A DNA stretch of 64,000 nucleotides from Nitrosopumilus sp. (GTDB taxonomy: Archaea > Thermoproteota > Nitrososphaeria > Nitrososphaerales > Nitrosopumilaceae), in contig JAPFBP010000002.1 of NCBI GenBank assembly GCA_029250275.1, positions 23,014 through 87,013 on the forward strand, written 5' to 3'. Numbering within the stretch: position 1 is the first letter of the stretch; each line of letters opens with the position of its first letter. The translations under genes were made by a program, and so were the position numbers. The notes below the pieces were generated by a model. That model was not told the DNA's origin. It ran no database searches and was given only the letters and a program-made list of their open reading frames with translations. Positions 48,444 through 58,776 of this stretch are shown here, piece after piece.

Positions 48444-48911
48444 ATGCCAAGAAAAAAATCAAGTCTCAAAACGATTCAGATCAAAAAACCCACAATGAGA
48501 CACATAGTCAAAACTACAAAGTCAGTAACTAGTATATTCAAAAAAGAAATTATTCAATACTTTGATAGCAATGGATTTCTTTCTTGGTCATCAAAAGAGA
48601 GAAAATATATTATTCTTGGAACTAATTCTCCTAAAAATGGACTGGTATCTTGTCCTGAATGTAAATTGGGAGAATTAATGGTCATTAGATCTAAAGCAAC
48701 AAGAAAACGATTCATGGGTTGTTCAAACTATTATGGTGGATGTAAAGCATCATCACCGTTATTACAAAAAGCAAGACTAAGAGCTACTAAGATGCCATGT
48801 GATGTATGTAAATGGCCGATGATAATTTTTCGTTATTCACGAAATCAAAAATGGACTAAACAATGTGGAAATTTTAATTGTGAAAGCAGAAAGATTAAGC
48901 CTTCAAAGTAG
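48444..48911 (+). CDS. Stand-alone topoisomerase-I-type C4 zinc-finger protein
   Basis: CPECKLGEL..RFMGCSNYYGGC and CDVC..QCGNFNC. Confidence 0.85.
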   Translation: MPRKKSSLKTIQIKKPTMRHIVKTTKSVTSIFKKEIIQYFDSNGFLSWSSKERKYIILGTNSPKNGLVSCPECKLGELMVIRSKATRKRFMGCSNYYGGCKASSPLLQKARLRATKMPCDVCKWPMIIFRYSRNQKWTKQCGNFNCESRKIKPSK

Positions 48912-49701
48912 AATAAATATCAGTTCTTCTATTTTTAAGTAATGGTAAAATTTTTCGTATTTGTTTAACTTTATTCAAATCAATATTTACCAGACCAATT
49001 CCTTGTTTCTTTTTCATGTCAAGTAATACTTTACCATATGGATCAACTACTAAACTTCGTCCACAGTAAATATTTCCAACTTGATCTGGTGCAATTACAT
49101 AGCATCCATTTTCAATTGCTCGTGTTTTGTTAATTGTAATCCAGTGTTCTTCTTTCATATTTCCTTTAACCCAAGCTGATGGTGCTACTAACACTTCTGA
49201 GCCTGCTACCGCAAGTGATCTTGACATCTCTGGAAATCTCAAGTCATAACAAATCATCATTCCAATTTTTCCAATAGATGTTTGAACTGGCTTTGAAATT
49301 TTTGAGCCTGAGATCATTTTATCAGACTCTCTAAACCCAAGTGCATCATAAAGATGAATTTTTCTATATATTGATATTACTTTGCCAGATTTATCAATTA
49401 CAAATGCGGTATCATAAACACGATCTTTTGTTCTACTCTTCTCATAAAATGAACCAATAACTTGAATTTTATTTTCTTTTGCCGCTTTTGCTATAGTTGT
49501 AACAAAATTTCCTTTAATCATTTCAGCTAAATCAGATAATTGTTTTGATGTTTGAGATGAGTTTGTATAAAACATCATAAATTCTGGAAATGTACAAAGT
49601 GTTGCATTTTTAGATGCAGCTTTTGATATGTATGAAAGAATTTTTTTTAAATTAACTTCTTTGTTAATTGATGCTTTGAATTGAACTACTGCAACTTTCA
49701 C
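48895..49701 (-). CDS. Carbon-nitrogen hydrolase (Nit/deaminated glutathione amidase-like)
   Basis: Catalytic triad FPE / YRKIHL / ICYDLRFPE; RAIENG. Confidence 0.93.
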   Translation of the reverse strand: MKVAVVQFKASINKEVNLKKILSYISKAASKNATLCTFPEFMMFYTNSSQTSKQLSDLAEMIKGNFVTTIAKAAKENKIQVIGSFYEKSRTKDRVYDTAFVIDKSGKVISIYRKIHLYDALGFRESDKMISGSKISKPVQTSIGKIGMMICYDLRFPEMSRSLAVAGSEVLVAPSAWVKGNMKEEHWITINKTRAIENGCYVIAPDQVGNIYCGRSLVVDPYGKVLLDMKKKQGIGLVNIDLNKVKQIRKILPLLKNRRTDIYSTLKA

Positions 49702-49872
49702 GAAATTGATTTAACATATGACAATAAAAAGATAAACTTGTGGTGCAAATGAGAAATGTACCATTTTCTTATTATATAAATTGGTTCTAATAATGATTAA
49801 TCGACCATAAGGTGCTTATTCATCCTGATATTGGACAGGGTTTATTCCAGTCAATTTTTTAATTAAAAATAA

Positions 49873-50049
49873 TTAAAGTTGGTTTCCTGCTAAAAACCAA
49901 TTTTCTTTAGGATTGTCCTCAAAAACAACGATAACATGACTTTCTTTTGTTTTGAGAATTTCAACTGCTGATTTTGTGATTGCTTTTGCGTATTCGTCTT
50001 TTTGTTCCTGAGTTCTACCAGGATACATTGATACTGTAATCAAAGGCAT
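49873..50049 (-). CDS. 4-oxalocrotonate tautomerase family protein, not in ORF track
   Basis: Manually translated: MPLITVSMYPGRTQEQKDEYAKAITKSAVEILKTKESHVIVVFEDNPKENWFLAGNQL; catalytic Pro1 and GRT.EQK. Confidence 0.92.
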   Translation of the reverse strand: MPLITVSMYPGRTQEQKDEYAKAITKSAVEILKTKESHVIVVFEDNPKENWFLAGNQL

Positions 50050-50082
50050 ACATTGTTCAGAATATTTCAGCGATTTATTCTT

Positions 50083-50841
50083 TCAATAGTCTGGTCTGTA
50101 ACCATATCTTGTTCCATAAGTATAATCAGAACTATGTGTTTTCTTGTACAGATATCCAGTTGCAAATCCTATTGCAAATCCTCCAATGTGAGCCATATAT
50201 GCAACACCACCACCTGCTACACCAAAACCACCTATGAAAAAGGGTAACAGATTTTGAAAAATTAGCCAAAATGGCAAGAACCATCTTGCTTGAATATGCA
50301 TCATTCTCCAGAAAAATCCCAACATAAGAAAAGTAGTAATTCGAACTCTAGGAAAGATTGCTAAATATGCACCAAGTACACCAGATATTGCTCCTGATGC
50401 ACCTACTGCAGGAATAGAACTTGTTGGATCTATTACAATGTGAGCTAAACCTGCACCAATTCCCCATCCAAAATAAATTAAAAGAAATTTTGCTTTACCA
50501 AACTTTAGTTCAATGTTGTCACCAAAGATCCACAAAAATAACATGTTACCACCCAAATGCATCAAACCACCATGCATGAAAATGGAACTAAATAATGAAA
50601 CGTATGGCATGTCAGTACATGAAATTCCAGGTTGTATCACAGATGAAAAGCCAGTAACACAACTCGGTACTGCACCCCATTCAAAAAACATCAATGCAGC
50701 TTGTTGATTAGAAAATTCCCAAAATTGACCAGTAACAGCTATTTCATATAAAAATATTATAACATTTATGATGATTAAACCAATAGTTACTTTTGGTTTG
50801 AATCCTGGAGGATGTAGATTTTCATCTCGTAATGGAAGCAT
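50083..50841 (-). CDS. Rhomboid family intramembrane serine protease
   Basis: FMHGGLMHLGGNM, GASGAISG, AYMAHIGG. Confidence 0.95.
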   Translation of the reverse strand: MLPLRDENLHPPGFKPKVTIGLIIINVIIFLYEIAVTGQFWEFSNQQAALMFFEWGAVPSCVTGFSSVIQPGISCTDMPYVSLFSSIFMHGGLMHLGGNMLFLWIFGDNIELKFGKAKFLLIYFGWGIGAGLAHIVIDPTSSIPAVGASGAISGVLGAYLAIFPRVRITTFLMLGFFWRMMHIQARWFLPFWLIFQNLLPFFIGGFGVAGGGVAYMAHIGGFAIGFATGYLYKKTHSSDYTYGTRYGYRPDY

Positions 50842-50880
50842 TATGATTTAGTTTGATAGAAATTTGTATAATAAGATTAT

Positions 50881-51450
50881 TCAATTTTGAATTTATAAAA
50901 TTCCTTCTTTGATCAAAAACTAAATTCATTGAATGAATCATCATCGATTGCATCATCTGTCCACCAGCCTGCATTGTTTTTTATCCAATATGGAATCTCT
51001 GAGAAATCTAAAGTTTTTTGCTGAGTTTGAGGAATTACAATAATATTATTTTGTATTAAATATTCAAGTCCAATAAAGAACCAAAAAAATTCTTATCAAT
51101 TTTTTTCTTCAACAATAATAGAATCAGAATCTTCTGACACAAAATTAAAAACTATGAATCCATTATCTGCTTTAAATTCCTGTTCAAACAAAAATGTTTC
51201 ACCACGTTGTGATTTTATCAGAAAAATAACATCATGTAATGTAATTTTAGAATCAAAATCAATCATAGATATGGAAATCTGTTGATCATCACTTGTTTCA
51301 GGATCATTTTTTAAAGATAAAATTTCTAATGTGTCTTACTTTCCATTAAATTCTATAAATGAAAAGTTTCACTATCTATACCATTACCATATGTATAATC
51401 AATTACAAACAAAAAAGAAAATATCAGAATAGCAAGTAATTATAAATTTT
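50881..51450 (-). pseudogene. Decayed, internally deleted paralog of the HGxG / WIKNNA surface-protein family
   Basis: Fragments TYGNGIDSETF, DTLEILSLKNDPETSDDQQISISMIDFD...SIIVEEK, then IGLEYLIQ..EIPYWIKNNAGWWTDDAIDDDSF, with stops and frameshifts; boundaries approximate. Confidence 0.7.
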
Positions 51451-51455
51451 TTATT

Positions 51456-51662
51456 CTATGTCCACTTGTCTGGATTTTTCTTTCGAATTTCTTTGCCATC
51501 AACTGTAATCTGATCTTGTTCTTCAAAAACTGTATGCCATTTACCATTGTCAGGAAAAATTTTATTCATTTCTTCAACTTTGTCATTTGTAGGTGCTCTA
51601 TTCATTAAAGCGCCCCATTTCATGTTTGGAATTTTTGGCATGATATCATTGATGTCTTTCAT
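51456..51662 (-). CDS. Small conserved hypothetical protein
   Basis: 68-aa ORF with ATG and upstream TATA-like ttata. Confidence 0.75.
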   Translation of the reverse strand: MKDINDIMPKIPNMKWGALMNRAPTNDKVEEMNKIFPDNGKWHTVFEEQDQITVDGKEIRKKNPDKWT

Positions 51663-51695
51663 TATACTGCCACTTTATAGAATTTGGTTAAAAAC

Positions 51696-53423
51696 CTATG
51701 ATTGAATTCTCATAATTCCTTCTTTAATCAAGAATTGAATTCCTTGAATGAATGAATCATCGTCAATTTGTCCTGCTGCCCACCATTCTGCATTGTTTTT
51801 AATCCAACTTGGAATATCATTGGAACCTGAACTAGAGTTTTGTGTAGTTGGAGGAATCTTTAGAATATCTTCTTTAATCAAAAATTGAATTCCTTGAATG
51901 AATGAATCATCGTCAATTTGTCCTGCTGCCCACCATTCTGCATTGTTTTTAATCCAACTTGGAATTGATGTTTTCTCAAGTGCTGTTAGAATTGAGGTTG
52001 AAGAACCAGGACCAATTTCAATAATGGATGAACCAATTCCAGCATATGTTGGATTAAAATCTAATCCTGTTCCATAAACTAGAATATCAACTCGAATCTG
52101 GCCAGCAGAAGGAACATAGATTTTCTGTATATCTAATCCTTCAATTCCTACAATTCCAGGATTAATAGAATCAGTACCGTCATTTCGTGCTATTTCTTTA
52201 TCAAATTCATCAAAAACAACATAAGCATATCGTACATCTTTGATTAATTCTCTATTTTCATTAAAGAATGTAAACTCAAATGGAATGTCTTGATTTGCAC
52301 CATATTTTCCATCCCATGAAATGTTTATTGTTGTTGGAACTTTTTCATAGTTTGTAGTATCTACAAGATAGAATTCTGTGGAACTTTTTGATACTTTTGC
52401 TAATGGAACTAATTTCAAGTCCATCTTTGGATTGTCATAGTTACTTGAACCTAATTTTTCATTAATTTTTTGTAATTCATTTTTAGTAATTAGAAAATGA
52501 ACAATGTTTGTATCATCATAGGAGTATGGATCATTAAGTAATGCTCTCTGATCAATTTCTACTCCGTTAACATATCCTTTGAATTGTTTTCCTTCTGCAT
52601 AAGGTACAAATGTTTTTGGAACTCTAACTTCTTCGTGTACTACTTGGACTTGATCAATATAAGATGGATTCCAATTAAATGGCATATCAAATGAGATGGA
52701 ATTATCAAACGTATTAAAATCAAAATTTTCAACTTCATCATAGTATGTTTTTACAATGACTGGAATTTCTTCAGTATTTGCAGATTGGAAAGAAAAATTT
52801 TGTTCTTGTGCAATGCTAACAAAAGTTTCATAAGATAACGGATTAGCTAAGACTACTGTTGGACTAGTAGCTGCTTCAATATCAACTCTAATCTTGTATA
52901 ATCCACCTTTCACAAATATAGGACCTGTCATTGATGGTCTTCCACATATGTCTAAATTATCATCAGTACATTCTGCCCCTTGAACATATAATGCACCTGG
53001 TGCACTAACATGTTCAGAACCACCATAAATTGTACATGTTTCAATGGGATTTTTATTACATCCAGTTTTTGGTTTGATTTTCACATCCAATCTTCCATCT
53101 GTATCATAGAATAGATTTCTAGCTAACAGTTCACCACTTTGCCAAACTTCCACTCGGTATGTGACTTTGTCTAGATTAGTATCAGTTAATGTATCAAAGA
53201 AACGTACTTGCATATTTGCAGAATCAATTTCTCCAACTGTAATGTCAGATGGACTCAATTGTGTACGAACAGTTACTTCCATATCACCAAAACTGATTGG
53301 TGGTGCTTGATCCCCTCCTAAACCATGTGCAAATGCATTAGGAAGAAGAAAAGGAATTGTGAAAATACCAATTATCGTAACGAGTAATGCAATTTTGTTA
53401 TACAATACAGAAAATTCCTTCAT
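51696..53423 (-). CDS. Exported protein with mature N-terminal HGLGG and two C-terminal WIKNNAEWW domains
   Basis: Signal peptide ending AFA then [10 protein letters not shown]; duplicated [32 protein letters not shown]. Confidence 0.85.
   Translation of the reverse strand: MKEFSVLYNKIALLVTIIGIFTIPFLLPNAFAHGLGGDQAPPISFGDMEVTVRTQLSPSDITVGEIDSANMQVRFFDTLTDTNLDKVTYRVEVWQSGELLARNLFYDTDGRLDVKIKPKTGCNKNPIETCTIYGGSEHVSAPGALYVQGAECTDDNLDICGRPSMTGPIFVKGGLYKIRVDIEAATSPTVVLANPLSYETFVSIAQEQNFSFQSANTEEIPVIVKTYYDEVENFDFNTFDNSISFDMPFNWNPSYIDQVQVVHEEVRVPKTFVPYAEGKQFKGYVNGVEIDQRALLNDPYSYDDTNIVHFLITKNELQKINEKLGSSNYDNPKMDLKLVPLAKVSKSSTEFYLVDTTNYEKVPTTINISWDGKYGANQDIPFEFTFFNENRELIKDVRYAYVVFDEFDKEIARNDGTDSINPGIVGIEGLDIQKIYVPSAGQIRVDILVYGTGLDFNPTYAGIGSSIIEIGPGSSTSILTALEKTSIPSWIKNNAEWWAAGQIDDDSFIQGIQFLIKEDILKIPPTTQNSSSGSNDIPSWIKNNAEWWAAGQIDDDSFIQGIQFLIKEGIMRIQS
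51721..51965. repeat. 95-nt direct repeat (51721-51815 and 51871-51965), 1 mismatch
   Basis: Read directly; encodes the two WIKNNAEWW modules. Confidence 0.9.
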
Positions 53424-53466
53424 TCCATATTTAAAGATGGTATAGGATTTCTATGCATGATAATTT

Positions 53467-53482
53467 TTTTCTAATTAGAAAA
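53467..53482. promoter_or_regulatory. Perfect 16-bp palindrome ttttctaattagaaaa in a divergent intergenic region
   Basis: Read directly; function inferred. Confidence 0.4.
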
Positions 53483-53521
53483 TAGAGTACGACTTTTATT
53501 TCCGATATTCAAAGTAGTAAT

Positions 53522-54343
53522 ATGAAATTTTTATTTGCATTATTACTAATTCCATTGCTAATTATTCCAGTATTTGCTGAATCACAGACTATGTCAACAG
53601 AAAAAGGAACATTGGATGTGAAATTAACTTATGATGTAATTAAACAAAATGTTCAAAATAAAATTAACATTGATTTCATCAATCCTCAAACACAAAAAAT
53701 TCAAGAACATGTTGATTGGTCAGTGCTAGTTTTAAAAGATGGTAAAACTGTTTTTGGACCAATCCCATTAACTCATACATCAGTTGGCTCTGTAAAAATT
53801 CCAATTGAATTCAATCTTGGAGAGGGAGTCTATACAATGGACTTTAAAATAGAAGGAATTTTGTTCCAACCAATTCCAGCTGAAGCAGTATCTTTTGATA
53901 TTGTTGTTGGTGATACTTATGCACAACCAACAACGCCAAATAATAAAACTCCAGTTAAAGACGATAACGGAGGATGTCTAATTGCAACTGCAACGTATGG
54001 TTCAGAGATGGCACCACAAGTTCAACTACTTAGAGAAATTAGAGATAACACATTATTCAGTACAACTTCTGGTACCACTTTCATGAACGGGTTTAACACA
54101 TTATACTATTCATTTGCACCAACAGTTTCAGATTGGGAAAGAGACAATCCAATGTTCAAAGAAGCAGTAAAAACTGTAATCACTCCAATGCTTTCAACAT
54201 TATCTATAATGTCACTAGCTGATGAAGGTTCAGAGGCAGAAGTATTAGGACTAGGAATATCTGTAATTGCACTTAACTTAGCAATGTATATTGGAATTCC
54301 TGTATTTGGAATTATAAAGTTGTACCAATTTAGAAAAAACTAG
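53522..54343 (+). CDS. Exported CFI-box-CTERM domain protein
   Basis: Signal peptide; GGCLIATATYGSE..VQLLREIRDN; C-terminal TM helix plus basic tail. Confidence 0.85.
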   Translation: MKFLFALLLIPLLIIPVFAESQTMSTEKGTLDVKLTYDVIKQNVQNKINIDFINPQTQKIQEHVDWSVLVLKDGKTVFGPIPLTHTSVGSVKIPIEFNLGEGVYTMDFKIEGILFQPIPAEAVSFDIVVGDTYAQPTTPNNKTPVKDDNGGCLIATATYGSEMAPQVQLLREIRDNTLFSTTSGTTFMNGFNTLYYSFAPTVSDWERDNPMFKEAVKTVITPMLSTLSIMSLADEGSEAEVLGLGISVIALNLAMYIGIPVFGIIKLYQFRKN

Positions 54344-54400
54344 TTCTAATTCTGAAAAGTCCAGTGAAGTATTTATGGAACCCTTCAAGTAATTTATCTA

Positions 54401-55249
54401 ATGAAGACAAAAGCACTTAGCTCTTTCTTTGTATTATTTGCTATCGCAGCAGGTATGGTCGCAATGACACCAGCTGCTTTTGCAGATCACGCAGAAGTCA
54501 CAATTGGAATAGTAGAAAAATCTGGCTTTGGTCAAGACTGTGTAGCAGATGGATGTTATACTCCAACTACTGCAACAGTAGATGTTGGCGGAAAAGTAAT
54601 TTTCTCAAACACTGATACTACTGGAATACATACATTCACAGCAGGAACCGTAGATGGTTTTACTCCTTCACCAACAGGTGAATTTGACACGAGTATTGTA
54701 AAATCAGGAGAAACTGCAGAATGGGTTCCAGATACAGTAGGTGAAGTTCCTTACTATTGTTCACTTCATACGTGGATGATCGGTACAATTGTAGTACAAG
54801 AAGCAGAAGCTGAAGAAGCAAACGCAGCAGCACAAGCTGAAGCAGACGCAGTGATAGACGATGTAGAGTTAATGGTAACAATTACTGATTCAGAAGTATT
54901 AGGTGGAACTCAAGTAGAACTTGAATTCAGCGAAATACATGTCAATTATGAAATCACAGCAATGCAAAATGGTGAAACCATTTACACAGAAACTGCACAT
55001 GCAATGGAAAACACAGCAACTCATCAAATTGATGCAGTTGGTTCTGATGAAAGTCCTATTGACATTGACATAGTTTCTTTTGGAATTGGTGTACCAGGTA
55101 ACGAAGCAGATTGGACTGGACCAACAGGTATAGTAGCTACATCACAAGTTGTACCAGAATTTGGTACAATTGCAATGATGATACTAGCTGTTGCAATCAT
55201 AAGCATCGTAGCAGTAACTGCAAAATCTAGAGTCGTTCCAAGATTTTAG
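54401..55249 (+). CDS. Blue (type 1) copper/plastocyanin-like protein with PEFG-CTERM anchor
   Basis: HTFTAG and YYCSLHTWMIG (H, C, H, M ligands); VVPEFG + TM + basic tail. Confidence 0.9.
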   Translation: MKTKALSSFFVLFAIAAGMVAMTPAAFADHAEVTIGIVEKSGFGQDCVADGCYTPTTATVDVGGKVIFSNTDTTGIHTFTAGTVDGFTPSPTGEFDTSIVKSGETAEWVPDTVGEVPYYCSLHTWMIGTIVVQEAEAEEANAAAQAEADAVIDDVELMVTITDSEVLGGTQVELEFSEIHVNYEITAMQNGETIYTETAHAMENTATHQIDAVGSDESPIDIDIVSFGIGVPGNEADWTGPTGIVATSQVVPEFGTIAMMILAVAIISIVAVTAKSRVVPRF

Positions 55250-55263
55250 GAATACCTCTTTTT

Positions 55264-55953
55264 TTATTTTCTTTTTATTAAAGATATAATTGCCAAGATA
55301 ATAGCTGCTGTTGCAATTGACAATCCAAATATTGCAAAGTCATAAGATGTATCATCAGAAGAACCTTTGATCTCACCTGAGTTTAGTTTAGAAACATCTT
55401 GTTGTAAAGATAAAATTGCATTCTTTAGTGCAGCAATGTCGGTATCTCCAGCACTAAATGATGGTGGAAAATCCAAGACTGCTGTAGGTTCTACATCTTC
55501 TATAGGTATTTTAACATCAACAGGAATTCCATTAATTTCTCCTATGAATTCTACAGTGTAACTTCCAGTTTTAGTTGGAATTATTGATGAAAAATAATAT
55601 CCAGGTCTAGGATCAGAATTAATATCAATTTTTTTGGAGGCACCTCCAAACATTACTGTAGCATCCATATTTTTGAAAACACTAGTCACTCCTTTACGAG
55701 TACCTTCTGTTTCTCCAGCCTCAGTAAATTTAAAGACAAGATCATTTCGAATTCCCACTACAGGTGGTTCAATTCCCCATCCTACTTCAATTTCATATGG
55801 TTCAACATGAACGGTGGTATGTGCAAAAGATGGTGTAATTATTCCAATTGAAAATAATAAACCAATAATGCCAAAAATTGCTATCTTCACTGCCATCATT
55901 TCACCATAACAGGTTATTATCTTTACGTGGATTGGTACAAAGTTAGAATTCAT
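55264..55953 (-). CDS. Exported, C-terminally anchored protein with mature N-terminal His
   Basis: Signal ending SFA then HTTVHVEPYEIEVGW; C-terminal TM plus KRK. Confidence 0.8.
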   Translation of the reverse strand: MNSNFVPIHVKIITCYGEMMAVKIAIFGIIGLLFSIGIITPSFAHTTVHVEPYEIEVGWGIEPPVVGIRNDLVFKFTEAGETEGTRKGVTSVFKNMDATVMFGGASKKIDINSDPRPGYYFSSIIPTKTGSYTVEFIGEINGIPVDVKIPIEDVEPTAVLDFPPSFSAGDTDIAALKNAILSLQQDVSKLNSGEIKGSSDDTSYDFAIFGLSIATAAIILAIISLIKRK

Positions 55954-55992
55954 GAAAACTGTTTAAATTGTCAATAATGACCTGAAGGTTAA

Positions 55993-58776
55993 ATGCAAAA
56001 ATTTCTGATTGCTTTGTTGGTAATATTATTTATTTCAATTCCATTTGCAGCAGCTCATCCATTTACAGAAAAGACCATTCCAAGCTTGGCATCTAATGCA
56101 CCAGCTGGCACTACAGAAGTAATTGTATTTTTTTCAGAACCAGTTGACATTAACTTTAGTGAAATCAAAATATTAGATAGTAATGGTGATCAAATCGATA
56201 ACAAAGATACTAGTTACTATGAAGGAGAACTATCTCTCATTGTTACAACTCCTCCACTAAATAACGGAGTATACACTGCATCAACCAAAGTCCTCTCTAA
56301 AGTTGATGGACATTTAATTCCAAGTGCATTCTTGTTTGCAGTAGGAAATGTTGTAATTGATCCTGCATTATTAGGACATGAAGTACCATCAGAATTGGTA
56401 TTTTTGCCTGAAGCAGGAGCTAGACTTCCTGGATTAGTAGGTCAAACAATTGTTTTGGGTTCTGTAATTGCATCTCTTGTTATTTGGGGAACACAAAGCA
56501 AGCAGCTAATTAGAGAAGAATTAAACAAAATAGAAAAATTTCATCACGGAAAATTCATGTCAGTCACTGGAATTGGACTGATGTTAATTTTTGTCTCAAA
56601 TATTTTGATGATTGTAGTACAAACTATAAGATTAGAAGCTTCACCTATAGATGCAATTCAAACAGATTTTGGTTCTACGTGGATAGTTAGAATGATTATT
56701 ACAATAATTTCACTAGGTATTTGGTTTGGTATGGACAGAAAAAAAACCCTATCAAAGAAAAATCAGACACCATTGTTTGTAGCTATGCTTGCATTAATTA
56801 GCACATCAAGCTTAATTGGACATGGTGCAGCAAGTGGACAAGTCCCTGCTTTATTTTTAGATTATATTCACAATCTTGTCTCAGCTGTTTGGATAGGTGG
56901 AATATTTTATTTTGTTTTCATATTACTGCCAACATTTTCACAATTAAAAGAATCAAAACGAGAAAAGATGAGTTTATTATTAATTCCAAAATTCTCAATT
57001 GCATTCATTATTTCTATAGGAATTGTAATCATTACAGGCCCAACACTGATGTGGTTTTTGGAAAGTGACGTAGGACTAATCACTGAATCAGTGTATGGTC
57101 AATTAATTATTTTAAAAATTACAATTGCAGCAGTGATGGTCGGATTGGGAGGATTTGTACAATTTAAAATTCAAAAAAACGCTGAAAAGAATTTTCCATC
57201 TGGAAAAATTTTAGTTTATAAAAAACTAAAAAAATCTCTTAAAATTGAAGCTGTATTAGGGATAATTCTTCTGGGAGTAGTCGCACTACTAACAAATGGA
57301 ACATTACCTGCAGGTGAAATTCAGAAAGTTGATGCACAAGAAATTGTTTATGGTTTTAAGACCTTAGAGTTTACAGAAAATGCAAAATTCGACATTGATA
57401 TTTCACCATTTTCTAGTGGAATAAATACAATTTTTGTAAAGGTAAGTGATTTTGAAGGAAATCCACTTTACGATTCAGATCAAATTAAAGTAAAGATATC
57501 AAATCCATCAAAAAATATTTCTCCAATTGAAGTTCCTATGGAACTCATCAAGCAGGAAGAAAGCAGATCTAATAAATTCCAAGGAGAATTAACATTTGGA
57601 TTTTCAGAAGAGTGGTTAATAGAGATTGAAGCTCAAAGGACTGAGAATGCAAATGAATCAATTATGTTAAATTTACTTGTAAAACCTAGATTAACAAATA
57701 TTCAAACACAAGTTATTGAGTATGAATTACCTGAAAATGCAAAACCATTATTCCCATTGTATGATGGAAAAGATTCTTTGTGGATTAGTGATGCATCTGC
57801 TCCCAGATTATGGCAATTTTCACTTGAAACAAATGAATTTACATCTTATCCATTTGATGGTTTAGTTTCAACTTTTCTAACACAAGATAACAAAGGAAGA
57901 ATTTGGTTTACAGATACACCTAGAAATCAAATTGGATTTATCGACATTGAAAGTAAAGAAATTACAACTAAAACTCTTCCAAAACTAGACCCAGTGATTT
58001 CAAAAAATACACCACTATTCATCAAAGCAGATTTTGATGATAACATTTGGATTACAGTTGTTAACAAAGATATAATTCTAAAATATCTACCAGAAGAAGA
58101 TATTTTTGAAGAAATAGTTCTGCCAGGCAAACAATCACTTCCGTTTGCATTAACTATTGATGAAGATGGAAAAATTTGGTATTCTACAACTGGAACTGGT
58201 AAAATAGGGTACATAGATCCTCAAACTAATGAACTAACTCAGATTTCAACTGAAACAATATTGCAGGCACCAGAAGCTTTAATTTTTGATGATGATGGAA
58301 ATTTATGGATTGCAGAGCATACAGGCATGGCTATTACCAAATTTAATCCAATTTTAGAAACATTTGAAAAAATCTCTGTTCCAGATGATAAATCATTACC
58401 ATTTGGAATGACATTTGACAGATATGGAAACATTTGGTTTGCACAACACACTGCAGATAATCTTGGAGTTTATGACCCAGATAACAATGACTTGATTGAG
58501 ATCCCAGTTCCAACTGAAACATCATTTGTTCAATTCATGACATCAGATGGAAATGATAATATTTGGTTTGTTGAACAACAATCAAACAAAATTGGAACAG
58601 TGAAAATTATAGAAATTCCAGTAAGTATTTCACAAGTTCAAGAATTAGATGATATTAAAATAAAGTATACAGAGATTGCATCACCATTAATTGCTTTAGG
58701 AATTATTGCAACATCATTATTTTATGTAAAAAGTATTCAAGATAAAAGAAGATTAAATTTTTTGATTAATTCTTAG
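55993..58776 (+). CDS. CopC-CopD fusion with a C-terminal Ig-like domain and Vgb-like beta-propeller
   Basis: AAA then HPFTEKTIP, FSEPVD, SKVDGH (CopC); GHGA, HNLVSAVWIGG (CopD); repeated G.IWF/D..GNIW blades. Confidence 0.88.
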   Translation: MQKFLIALLVILFISIPFAAAHPFTEKTIPSLASNAPAGTTEVIVFFSEPVDINFSEIKILDSNGDQIDNKDTSYYEGELSLIVTTPPLNNGVYTASTKVLSKVDGHLIPSAFLFAVGNVVIDPALLGHEVPSELVFLPEAGARLPGLVGQTIVLGSVIASLVIWGTQSKQLIREELNKIEKFHHGKFMSVTGIGLMLIFVSNILMIVVQTIRLEASPIDAIQTDFGSTWIVRMIITIISLGIWFGMDRKKTLSKKNQTPLFVAMLALISTSSLIGHGAASGQVPALFLDYIHNLVSAVWIGGIFYFVFILLPTFSQLKESKREKMSLLLIPKFSIAFIISIGIVIITGPTLMWFLESDVGLITESVYGQLIILKITIAAVMVGLGGFVQFKIQKNAEKNFPSGKILVYKKLKKSLKIEAVLGIILLGVVALLTNGTLPAGEIQKVDAQEIVYGFKTLEFTENAKFDIDISPFSSGINTIFVKVSDFEGNPLYDSDQIKVKISNPSKNISPIEVPMELIKQEESRSNKFQGELTFGFSEEWLIEIEAQRTENANESIMLNLLVKPRLTNIQTQVIEYELPENAKPLFPLYDGKDSLWISDASAPRLWQFSLETNEFTSYPFDGLVSTFLTQDNKGRIWFTDTPRNQIGFIDIESKEITTKTLPKLDPVISKNTPLFIKADFDDNIWITVVNKDIILKYLPEEDIFEEIVLPGKQSLPFALTIDEDGKIWYSTTGTGKIGYIDPQTNELTQISTETILQAPEALIFDDDGNLWIAEHTGMAITKFNPILETFEKISVPDDKSLPFGMTFDRYGNIWFAQHTADNLGVYDPDNNDLIEIPVPTETSFVQFMTSDGNDNIWFVEQQSNKIGTVKIIEIPVSISQVQELDDIKIKYTEIASPLIALGIIATSLFYVKSIQDKRRLNFLINS

